From an uncultured Oscillospiraceae bacterium (GTDB lineage Bacteria; Bacillota; Clostridia; Oscillospirales; Ruminococcaceae), in assembly GCA_964555125.1 (NCBI GenBank), contig CAZKRQ010000005.1, positions 1-19,474 of the forward strand: DNA of 19,474 nt, written 5' to 3'. Position numbers and translations under genes: made by a program. Positions 1-6,389 of this stretch are shown here, in pieces; positions within the stretch are counted from its first letter, which is position 1; each line of letters starts with the position of its first letter. The notes beneath the pieces are model-generated. The model made no database searches. It worked only from the letters and a program-made list of their open reading frames with translations, and was not told the origin of the DNA.

Positions 1-8
1 AACGCAGA

Positions 9-899
9 TCAGGCGACACGGGTATAGACAATATCGAAGCTCAGCGTCATCGCGTCGTCATAATATTCGCGCAGTATCAGCTTGCCGTCCTCCGTTTCGA
101 CGATATAGCGGTCAAAATAATAGTCGTGGCCAAATTCGGTGTAGTTGAGCAGCACGCACTCCTTGTCGAGCAATAGCTCGACCCGGCCGCTGATCTGATA
201 ATCGATCTCCCAGCTGCCGTCCAGATAGCCCTTTTCGTTCCGCAGATCGGGCACGAGATGCTTGAGCGTAAAGGTCCCGTCGTTTTTGATCTCAAACAGC
301 TCAACGTAGCTGTGGCTTGTGTCGTCGGCGAAAACGAACGGCTCCGACAGCCAGCTGCCGCTTATGTATTCGAGCATCAGCTGCTCGTCGGTGGCGGTCG
401 GGCCCTTCATATAGCGCACGAGGCAGGCGACCGCAAAGACAAAAACCGCCGTAATCAACAGCGCGACGAAGGTGACGCCGACCTTGCCGAGCACTGTGGT
501 CTCGGGCTTGCGCGCCTTTGCGAGGTCCCTCAGCTCCAGCTCGAGCGCGCCCTCCGGCTCCTCGTCGGCCCGCTGCGCTTCGCCGCCCGCGCTCTCCTCC
601 TCTTCGGGCTCCTGCTGCGCCTCGGCCTCCTCCTCGGGGAATTCATATTCATCGGAAAAGCTGGTATCGATGGTGTCCGACAACACCGAGTTGTCGGCGG
701 AAAATCCGACAGGCAGCTCGATGGTGGCGGTCGCGTAACGCACTTCGTCCACGATGTCGACCGCGTTGTCGACTTCGTCCTCCTGGCTGACGGCGGGCTC
801 GTTTTCTTTCAGCGCCGTGACGCCCGTTTGGGCCGCGCAATAAGGGCAGACGGTTTCATCGTCGCGCAGGATGTGGTTGCAGTTCGTGCAAATCTTCAC
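9..899 (-). CDS. Membrane protein of unknown function. N-terminal 4-Cys zinc ribbon (CTNCNH...CPYC), a long acidic Glu-rich linker, one TM helix, then an extracytoplasmic domain of about 130 aa. GTG start.
   Basis: Full-length ORF (296 aa). CxxC...CxxC at residues 4-21. Hydrophobic stretch LGKVGVTFVALLITAVFVFAVACLV. RBS GAGGTGG lies 7 nt upstream of GTG at 897-899 and no in-frame ATG is available. Divergent from pspA. Confidence 0.65.
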   Translation of the reverse strand: MKICTNCNHILRDDETVCPYCAAQTGVTALKENEPAVSQEDEVDNAVDIVDEVRYATATIELPVGFSADNSVLSDTIDTSFSDEYEFPEEEAEAQQEPEEEESAGGEAQRADEEPEGALELELRDLAKARKPETTVLGKVGVTFVALLITAVFVFAVACLVRYMKGPTATDEQLMLEYISGSWLSEPFVFADDTSHSYVELFEIKNDGTFTLKHLVPDLRNEKGYLDGSWEIDYQISGRVELLLDKECVLLNYTEFGHDYYFDRYIVETEDGKLILREYYDDAMTLSFDIVYTRVA

Positions 900-942
900 T
901 TGTTCACCACCTCGCTTTCATGATTTTGCATTATCTTATATA

Positions 943-971
943 TTCTATCGCAAAGGACGATATTTGTAAAG
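943..971 (-). promoter_or_regulatory. Putative sigma-A-type promoter for the 9..899 gene (minus strand): TTTACA-N17-TAGAAT.
   Basis: Read on the minus strand, TTTACA (plus 966-971) and TAGAAT (plus 943-948) are separated by 17 nt, about 45 nt upstream of the GTG start. Confidence 0.3.
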
Positions 972-1001
972 AAAAGCCCTGCGCCAAAAAAAGAAATTTC
1001 G

Positions 1002-1062
1002 ACAGCGGGGCGGGCCGCCGCATACCCGGGAAAGGACAAAGAGCCGCGGCCCCGTCTCTGTC
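1002..1062. promoter_or_regulatory. GC-rich imperfect inverted repeat (GACAGCGGGGC ... GCCCCGTCTCTGTC) with an inner GGCCGC/GCGGCC sub-stem, between the divergent promoters. On the minus strand it is followed by a T-tract (plus 985-996 is CCAAAAAAAGAA).
   Basis: Arms at 1002-1012 and 1049-1062 are complementary (5 + 6 bp with a 3-nt bulge). The loop region has nested complementarity. The T-run on the minus strand gives a terminator-like or operator-like look. Confidence 0.3.
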
Positions 1063-1082
1063 TATAATCCGGCTGGATTTTC

Positions 1083-1112
1083 TTGCAATTTCGCGGCCCT
1101 TTATTATATAAT
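1083..1112 (+). promoter_or_regulatory. Putative sigma-A-type promoter for pspA: TTGCAA-N18-TATAAT.
   Basis: TTGCAA at 1083-1088 and TATAAT at 1107-1112, about 55 nt upstream of the pspA ATG. No SigW-like TGAAAC...CGTA motif was seen. Confidence 0.35.
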
Positions 1113-1166
1113 GCAGACAAGGTAAGCATCCCCGCAACATACAATCAATTTGGAGGGCAACAGCGA

Positions 1167-1865
1167 ATGGGAGTTCTGTCGAGATTCAAGGATATTATGA
1201 GCGCCAATATCAACGCGGTGCTTGAAAAGGCCGAGAGCAAAAACGCGGATAAAATTCTCGAGAATTATCTGCGCGAGGCAAAGGAAAATCTGGAAGAGGT
1301 CAAGGCGGAGACGGCGGCGGTGATCGCCGACGAAATGGCGGCGGCGCGCAAGGTCACCGCCCTTGAGGAGGAGGCCGCGAAGCTGCAAAAATACGCCGAG
1401 CAGGCCGTGATGGCGGGCAACGACGCCGACGCCAAGAAATTTTTGGAGGGCAAGGGCAAGGCGCTGGCGCAAAAGGCGGACGCCGAGAAGGTTTACGCGC
1501 AGGCGAAGCTCAACTCCGACAACATGCGCGAGATGACAAAAAAGTTGATGGGCGACATCGACGCGGCGGACGCGAAGCTGCAGGAGCTCAAGGCAAAGCT
1601 GTCCGTCGCCGAGCAGACCGAGAAGATGAACGCGCTCGCGGAGAAGATGGGCAACGTGAAATACTCCATGTCCGATTACAGCTCCCTTGTCGACGCGGTG
1701 CAAAAGCGCATCGACGCGGCGGACGCGAAGTCGCAGCTCAATCAGGAGCTCAACGCCGATTTTGACATCGACGAGCTCAAAAAGAAGTACGAGACCAGCG
1801 CCCCGGCCGGCGGCGCGACGGTCGACGCGGAGCTCGCGGCGCTCAAGGCGCAGCTCGGCAAATAA
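1167..1865 (+). CDS. pspA: Phage shock protein A / IM30 family (PspA/LiaH/Vipp1-like) coiled-coil membrane-stress protein.
   Basis: N-terminus MGVLSRFKDIMSANINAVLEKAE matches the conserved PspA_IM30 start ([24 protein letters not shown] in E. coli PspA). About 230 aa, highly helical and Ala/Lys/Glu-rich. GGAGGG RBS lies 9 nt upstream of the ATG at 1167. The track ORF from 1083 is an in-frame upstream extension without an RBS. Confidence 0.9.
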   Translation: MGVLSRFKDIMSANINAVLEKAESKNADKILENYLREAKENLEEVKAETAAVIADEMAAARKVTALEEEAAKLQKYAEQAVMAGNDADAKKFLEGKGKALAQKADAEKVYAQAKLNSDNMREMTKKLMGDIDAADAKLQELKAKLSVAEQTEKMNALAEKMGNVKYSMSDYSSLVDAVQKRIDAADAKSQLNQELNADFDIDELKKKYETSAPAGGATVDAELAALKAQLGK

Positions 1866-1881
1866 TCCGCTCAACACCGCG

Positions 1882-1920
1882 CTGCGCGGGGCCGGGTCCC
1901 CGCACAGAGCTTCTATTTTC
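1882..1920 (+). terminator. Candidate intrinsic attenuator or partial terminator between pspA and the downstream genes.
   Basis: CTGCGCGGGG-ccgggt-CCCCGCACAG gives a 10-bp stem with one mismatch (1882-1907), followed by AGCTTCTATTTTC (U-rich). It sits 17 nt after the pspA stop. Confidence 0.35.
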
Positions 1921-1939
1921 ACGGAAAGCGTTATTGTAA

Positions 1940-3148
1940 ATGACGGCAAATACCGGCGCACCGTCTCCTCAGGCGGCCAACACAACCACAGTGACCTGCC
2001 CCAACTGCGGCGGGCGGGTGGAATATGACAGCGCGAGCGGTCAGTTTCTCTGTATTTCCTGCCGCAGCGTTCTGGATGTCGCCGCGCCCAAGAGCACGGT
2101 TGACGAATACAGCATCAACGATTACCGCCTGCGGGAAAAAAACGGCGCGGCGCTCGAGGGCGTCGCCGTGGCGGTCTGTCAGAGTTGCGGCGGCGAAATC
2201 TATTTTGACCCGCATGAGACCGCGAAGCAGTGCCCCATGTGCGGCTCGGGGCAGATCCGCGCCGCGGCGGTGTCGAGCGGCATCGCGCCCGAGGGCATCG
2301 TGCCGTTTCGGTTTGACAACGCTGAAGCGCAGCAGCGGTTCCGCCACTGGATCGCAAAGCGGTGGTTCGCGCCGAATCTGCTGAAAAAGGCGTACAGCGA
2401 GGGCCGGCTCGAGGGGCTCTATGTCCCCTACTGGACCTTTGACGCCGACGCGTGCGGCGATTACACGGGACAGGGCGGCCGCACCCGCGTCGAGCGGGAC
2501 CGCGAGGGGCACACCCGCACCCGCACCGACTGGTACGGGGTTTCGGGCCGGGTCTATCGGAAGTTCGACGATATTCTGGTCTGCGCGTCGCAAAAGCGAA
2601 GCGGCACGGTTGCCGCACAGGTCGCGCCGTTCAACACGGTCAGCGACATCAAGCCGTTCACCTACCAATACCTCTCGGGCCACAAGGCCGAGCGGTATTC
2701 GATCGACGGCCTTGTCTGCTTCCGGCAGGCGCAGGCGGTCATGGAGGGCTCGCTGCGCGCGGCCGCGGAATCGGAGATTTTGGGCCGGGGCTTCGACCAG
2801 GCGCGGGTGTCCACTTTACAGGCGCTTTATAAGGACGTGACCTATAAAAGCGTGCTGCTGCCGGTCTATACGGCGCAGTATGCCTATCAGGGGCGCGAAT
2901 ATCACTATGCGATCAACGGGCAGACTGGCAAGGTCAGCGGCACCTATCCCAAGAGCGCCGCGAAGATCGCGGCGGCGGTCGCCGCCGCGCTGTTGCTGCT
3001 GTTTGGCATGATGGCCCTGTTTGGCATGGCCGAGACGGACGACTGGGATTACGACGCCTATTACGGCGGCGGAGCCCGCAGCGAGTATTATTATGAAGCG
3101 GCTCCAATCGCGCCGGAGCCATTCGCGCCCGGCGGCGTGACAATGTGA
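1940..3148 (+). CDS. YdjG-like protein: two N-terminal TFIIB-type zinc ribbons, a cytoplasmic core domain of about 250 aa, a C-terminal TM helix and a Tyr/Asp/Gly-rich tail.
   Basis: CPNCGG...CISC and CQSCGG...CPMCG motifs. C-terminal hydrophobic helix AAKIAAAVAAALLLLFGMMALFGMA, then DDWDYDAYYGGG...EYYYE. Its position directly after pspA and before an SPFH gene mirrors the B. subtilis pspA-ydjG-ydjH-ydjI arrangement. Homology to YdjG is inferred from architecture and context and was not verified. Confidence 0.75.
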   Translation: MTANTGAPSPQAANTTTVTCPNCGGRVEYDSASGQFLCISCRSVLDVAAPKSTVDEYSINDYRLREKNGAALEGVAVAVCQSCGGEIYFDPHETAKQCPMCGSGQIRAAAVSSGIAPEGIVPFRFDNAEAQQRFRHWIAKRWFAPNLLKKAYSEGRLEGLYVPYWTFDADACGDYTGQGGRTRVERDREGHTRTRTDWYGVSGRVYRKFDDILVCASQKRSGTVAAQVAPFNTVSDIKPFTYQYLSGHKAERYSIDGLVCFRQAQAVMEGSLRAAAESEILGRGFDQARVSTLQALYKDVTYKSVLLPVYTAQYAYQGREYHYAINGQTGKVSGTYPKSAAKIAAAVAAALLLLFGMMALFGMAETDDWDYDAYYGGGARSEYYYEAAPIAPEPFAPGGVTM

Positions 3149-3170
3149 GCAAAACGCAGGAGGAATCGGG

Positions 3171-4130
3171 ATGGGGTTATTTGGACAGAGGAAATCCACG
3201 GTTGAGTGGCAGGAATACCGCTCGGACGTGCTCTTTTACAAGTGGAACGAGACGCAGATCAAGAGCGGCTCGCGGCTGATCGTCCGGCCGGGTCAGAAGG
3301 CGATTTTTTACGATAACGGCTGCATCGGCGGCGTGTTTGAACGCGAGGGCAACTTCGACATCGATTCCGAGATCCTGCCGGTGCTCTCGTCGGTGCAGGG
3401 CTTCTTTCAGTTCCGCCGCGACGCCGGCCTGCGCGCGGAGATCTATTTCGTCAACGCCAAAGAGCTGACCATGAACTGGGGCACCCGCCAGCGCATCATG
3501 ATCCCGACCGACGAGGTGCCTTCCGGGATCCCCGTCGGGATGAACGGCAATCTCGTCGTCGAGTTTCGGGATTATCTCAAGTTCATCGAGAAGGTCGCGG
3601 GCGTCCGGCAGACATACACCCTGACCGAGGTGTCGGAGCGCATCCTCGGCGAGCTGAACGCCATCATCACCGAGTGCGTGCTCGGCAGCCAGCAAACGGT
3701 GGGCCTCAACGCGCTGGTGTCGATTCAGGCCAACAGCCGCAAGCTCGGCAAACAGATGGCCGAGGAGCTCGACAAGGAGCTGTTCGATATTGGCCTCGGC
3801 GTGCGGGACGTCAACATCATCAGCGTCAATTACCCGCCCGAGGTGATGCAGATGGCGGAGAAAGTCGCCGCGCAGTCGTTCGTGACCGATACCGGCAAAT
3901 ATGCGGCGATCGCAATGGCCGACGGCATGGAAAAGGGCGGCAACGGCGTCGCCTCCATGGGCGCGCAGATGGCGATGGGCGCGCAGCTCGCCCAGCAGAT
4001 GCAGGGCGCGGTGAACGGCGCGCAGCCGCCCGCGCAGTCCTCCCAGCCCGGAGCGGACCGCTTCTGCCCGACCTGCCGCAAGATGGTCAGCGGCAATTAC
4101 TGCAGCACCTGCGGCACCAAAACCGTCTGA
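3171..4130 (+). CDS. YdjI-like SPFH/Band-7 (stomatin/prohibitin/flotillin-family, COG4260-type) protein with a Gln/Ala/Met-rich linker and a C-terminal CxxC...CxxC zinc ribbon.
   Basis: AGGAGG RBS 8 nt upstream. N-terminal VEWQEYRSDVLFYKWNE...GSRLIVRPGQ block is typical of COG4260 SPFH proteins. C-terminus CPTCRK...CSTCG. A low-complexity MGAQMAMGAQLAQQMQG segment precedes the zinc ribbon. Confidence 0.8.
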   Translation: MGLFGQRKSTVEWQEYRSDVLFYKWNETQIKSGSRLIVRPGQKAIFYDNGCIGGVFEREGNFDIDSEILPVLSSVQGFFQFRRDAGLRAEIYFVNAKELTMNWGTRQRIMIPTDEVPSGIPVGMNGNLVVEFRDYLKFIEKVAGVRQTYTLTEVSERILGELNAIITECVLGSQQTVGLNALVSIQANSRKLGKQMAEELDKELFDIGLGVRDVNIISVNYPPEVMQMAEKVAAQSFVTDTGKYAAIAMADGMEKGGNGVASMGAQMAMGAQLAQQMQGAVNGAQPPAQSSQPGADRFCPTCRKMVSGNYCSTCGTKTV

Positions 4131-4142
4131 AACCCGTCTGAA

Positions 4143-4190
4143 AAGCCCGCTTTCGCCTTTAAGGCGAAAGCGGGCTTCCTTCTTATTCGT
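4143..4190 (+). terminator. Rho-independent terminator of the pspA module, with weak activity expected on the opposite strand as well.
   Basis: AAGCCCGCTTTCGCC-tttaa-GGCGAAAGCGGGCTT is a perfect 15-bp stem, followed by CCTTCTTATTCGTTCT. On the minus strand the same stem is followed by TTTTCAG. Confidence 0.7.
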
Positions 4191-4260
4191 TCTCCTGCGC
4201 AGCAAAAAACTGAAACAACGCGGCGAACCGACTATCCCCTGCCGATCCGGCCACGGGTTT

Positions 4261-4283
4261 CCAAAGGGCCCACGGCCCTTTGG
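4261..4283. other. Perfect hairpin CCAAAGGGCC-cac-GGCCCTTTGG in the intergenic region.
   Basis: 10-bp stem and 3-nt loop read directly from the sequence. A second hairpin GCGGGGC-gcgca-GCCCCGC follows at 4291-4309, then GGCCTTTT. Confidence 0.6.
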
Positions 4284-4313
4284 CGCCCGTGCGGGGCGCG
4301 CAGCCCCGCGGCC

Positions 4314-4355
4314 TTTTCCCGATCAGGGGAAACGGAGCCAGGCGGACTTTGCGAC
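4314..4355. repeat. Direct repeat copy 1 (42 bp, 100% identical to 4436-4477; about 50 bp with mismatches). It is an intergenic duplicate of the 3' end of the GNAT gene.
   Basis: TTTTCCCGATCAGGGGAAACGGAGCCAGGCGGACTTTGCGAC occurs twice. Copy 2 encodes the GNAT C-terminus (...VVAKSAWLRFP*) on the minus strand. Copy 1 lies 122 bp further downstream in non-coding DNA. Both contain a TTTCCC-gatcag-GGGAAA mini-hairpin. Confidence 0.85.
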
Positions 4356-4378
4356 AACAAACGCCCTTGACCTTCCAT

Positions 4379-4407
4379 CCCGAAAAGTCCGTCCTTGACT
4401 TTTCGGG
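4379..4407. other. Hairpin CCCGAAAAGTC-cgtcctt-GACTTTTCGGG between the two repeat copies.
   Basis: 11-bp perfect stem, 38 nt downstream of the GNAT stop on the minus strand. No U-tract follows on either strand. Confidence 0.55.
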
Positions 4408-4435
4408 AAGAGGAGGAGCAAGGGAGCGGGTGACG

Positions 4436-4477
4436 TTTTCCCGATCAGGGGAAACGGAGCCAGGCGGACTTTGCGAC
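4436..4477. repeat. Direct repeat copy 2, overlapping the last 11 codons and stop of the GNAT gene.
   Basis: Identical 42-mer to 4314-4355. Confidence 0.85.
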
Positions 4478-4960
4478 GACGAAGCGGTGCTCGCGCACAG
4501 CGCGGCCCCCGATGACGTCGTCGATCACGCAGCCGTCCGCGTAAAAGCCGCAGTGCTCATAAAAGCCGCCCGCTTTCACGTTGCCCTCCAGCATCCAGAG
4601 ATACACCCCGGCGTATCCCTCCGCCTTCAGCGACGCGAGCGCTTTCTCGAGCAGCGCCCGCCCGAGCCCCTTTCCCTGCCATTCGGGCAAAAGATAGAGC
4701 GCGACGACCTCACCCCACCCCGCCATCTGCTCGCTGCGCGAGGCGCAGGTCGCGCAGACGCCGACAATCTCACCCTTTTCTTCCGCGACAAAGGAGCGGA
4801 ACGGGCCGCCCACCGCGAGGCGGTCCGACCACCGCTCTTCCCGCAGCCCGTCGAGGAAGCCGTCGGGCAAAAGGCCGCGATACGCGCTCTGCCAGCTCTT
4901 CACATAGACGCGCGCCATTGCCTGGGTGCTGTCCTCGCGCCGCTGCTCTCTGATCCTCAT
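4445..4960 (-). CDS. GNAT-family N-acetyltransferase.
   Basis: 171 aa. Acetyl-CoA-binding motif region ...QGKGLGRALLEKAL... GAGGTGA RBS 7 nt upstream of the ATG at 4958-4960. Confidence 0.85.
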   Translation of the reverse strand: MRIREQRREDSTQAMARVYVKSWQSAYRGLLPDGFLDGLREERWSDRLAVGGPFRSFVAEEKGEIVGVCATCASRSEQMAGWGEVVALYLLPEWQGKGLGRALLEKALASLKAEGYAGVYLWMLEGNVKAGGFYEHCGFYADGCVIDDVIGGRAVREHRFVVAKSAWLRFP

Positions 4961-5042
4961 GCCGTAAAATCACCTCTCGTTTTGCCCTGCGCGTCCGCTC
5001 CGCCCCCAAAACAGCGGCTCGCCGCGCAGGCAGGCTCTTCCC

Positions 5043-5071
5043 AAAAAATCCGGCGGAACCCATCCGCCGGA
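5043..5071 (-). terminator. Rho-independent terminator downstream of divIC (minus strand).
   Basis: TCCGGCGGA-accca-TCCGCCGGA is a perfect 9-bp stem. On the minus strand it is followed by TTTTTTGG (plus 5043-5048 is AAAAAA). Confidence 0.6.
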
Positions 5072-5118
5072 TCTTTGATACCTGCTCGTGTGAAATACGC
5101 CGCGACGGGCCGCGCGAC

Positions 5119-5601
5119 TCACGCCCCTGTCTCGTCTCCGCCGTCTCCCGACGCCGGTTCCAGCGCGCCGTCTGCCGGCGTTTCTTCGGGTTCGCCTTCT
5201 TCAGGCTGCCCCGCATCGGGCTCGGGCCCGGAGGGCGCCGCCTGCGCATCGTTTTTGTCCGCGCCGCCCGGCGCGCTGGGGTTCCCGCTGCCCGCGACAT
5301 CCTCGAATACACGCTCGTCCGCCGCCGCATAGCCCAGCTTTTCGCGGGCGATGCGCTCAATATACTCCGCTTCTCCCGCGCCGTAGACGATACGGGAGAG
5401 CTCGTCGTTTTCAAGCTGCGTTTCGTTGATCTGGTTCTGAATCTCGGCGAGCTTTTGCTTCTCTTTATAAATTTCGATCTGCACGCTGACGATCGACACC
5501 ACAAAATACACGCAGACCGCAAAACAGACCAGCAGCGTCAGCTTACGTCTTCGCATATGCCTGGATTGGCTTTTTTGCCGGTTTTTGCGGTTGCTCGCCA
5601 T
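5119..5601 (-). CDS. divIC: Septum-formation initiator family protein (DivIC/FtsB/FtsL-like): basic N-terminus, one TM helix, coiled coil, and an acidic Pro/Glu/Gly-rich C-terminal tail.
   Basis: TM LTLLVCFAVCVYFVVSIV. Coiled coil QIEIYKEKQKLAEIQNQINETQLENDEL followed by the IERIAREKLGY motif. The start was chosen at the ATG at 5599-5601, which has a GGAGAAG RBS. The track start at 5616 and an internal ATG at 5556 (a 14-nt ATGxxxTAA overlap with yabQ) are alternatives. Confidence 0.7.
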   Translation of the reverse strand: MASNRKNRQKSQSRHMRRRKLTLLVCFAVCVYFVVSIVSVQIEIYKEKQKLAEIQNQINETQLENDELSRIVYGAGEAEYIERIAREKLGYAAADERVFEDVAGSGNPSAPGGADKNDAQAAPSGPEPDAGQPEEGEPEETPADGALEPASGDGGDETGA

Positions 5602-6064
5602 CTTTTTCTTCTCCATTCACCGCCTGCTTGCTCGCTCGTTTGCGGTTACGGGCATTATACACCTTTTCGCGCCCACTTTGCAAGAGCGCCCGCAGGCGCG
5701 CGCCGAACCAGCGCAAGGGCCACAGCAGAGGCCGCAGCAGCCCGCACACAAGCTTTTTCGCGCCCCGCACCAGCCAGCGCAGCGGCCGGGAAAGCAACAG
5801 ATAATAGAGCCCGCACCCTGCCAGAAAGCCGAGCGCAAGATACCACCGCGGGATGCCCAGCGAGGTTTTGCCCACAATGAAGCAGAACGCGGCGACCCCG
5901 CCCGCGAAGAAATACAGCAGATGAAAGAGGGCCGACGCAAACCTGCCGCGCAGGCCGAGCAGCGTGACCAGCAGATCGTAAAACAGCCAGAACACGGCGG
6001 AAAACCCCGCGCTGAGCAGCGCGTCGAGCAGCTGAGCCCCTGCGGAGAGGTTGAGCGAGGTCAT
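5543..6064 (-). CDS. yabQ: YabQ-like spore cortex biosynthesis membrane protein.
   Basis: About 173 aa with 3-4 hydrophobic helices and a basic C-terminal tail. ATGA overlap with the yabP stop. Its position between yabP and divIC matches the conserved yabP-yabQ-divIC order. Confidence 0.6.
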   Translation of the reverse strand: MTSLNLSAGAQLLDALLSAGFSAVFWLFYDLLVTLLGLRGRFASALFHLLYFFAGGVAAFCFIVGKTSLGIPRWYLALGFLAGCGLYYLLLSRPLRWLVRGAKKLVCGLLRPLLWPLRWFGARLRALLQSGREKVYNARNRKRASKQAVNGEEKDGEQPQKPAKKPIQAYAKT

Positions 6065-6339
6065 CGCAGCAGCCGCGAGAGGAAGGACACGCCCTGCGGC
6101 TTTGCGTTGATATATTGCAGCGAATCGAAGGTTCCCGTGATCTCCAGCACGCCGCTGCCGCGCTCAAAGCTGCCGATATTCAGCCCGCTGCCGCCGATGA
6201 CGAGCTCTCCGTGATCGGTCGACAGCGAGATGGCCGCCGCGTCGTAGCTGAGCACCTCGTTGACGCCCGAGATGCGGGCGCTTTTTCGGTTCTCGATCGC
6301 GAGGTCGTGCTTTTTCAGCGTTTTTTCTTCTTCCAACAT
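6061..6339 (-). CDS. yabP: Sporulation protein YabP.
   Basis: 92 aa. Matches the YabP-family pattern ISGVNEVLSYD...GELVIGGSGLNI...GVLEITGTFDSLQY. GGAGGGAA RBS. Confidence 0.85.
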   Translation of the reverse strand: MLEEEKTLKKHDLAIENRKSARISGVNEVLSYDAAAISLSTDHGELVIGGSGLNIGSFERGSGVLEITGTFDSLQYINAKPQGVSFLSRLLR

Positions 6340-6389
6340 AGCGTTCCCTCCATTCCGTCTCTTATAGAATATGAGGGAACACGCGCCCG

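Noticed and set aside
258-923. 221-aa plus-strand ORF and other ORFs antisense to the 9..899 gene, pspA, the ydjI-like gene, the flippase gene, recJ and the FAD oxidoreductase gene (1104..1985, 3177..4205, 8494..9195, 16045..17250, 18443..19315, etc.)
   Set aside because: All overlap well-supported genes on the opposite strand and have Arg/Pro/Gly-rich low-complexity translations. They are high-GC antisense artefacts.
900-1166. SigW-type promoter (TGAAAC-N16-CGTA) upstream of pspA, as in B. subtilis
   Set aside because: No such motif is present. Only sigma-A-like hexamers were found.
4280-5332. 350-aa plus-strand ORF preceded by AGGAGGAG (4411-4418) and GTG (4430)
   Set aside because: Antisense to the GNAT and divIC genes. 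The product is low-complexity (Ala/Pro/Arg/Ser-rich). The RBS-like string lies inside a hairpin/repeat region and is probably coincidental, although Ribo-seq could settle it.
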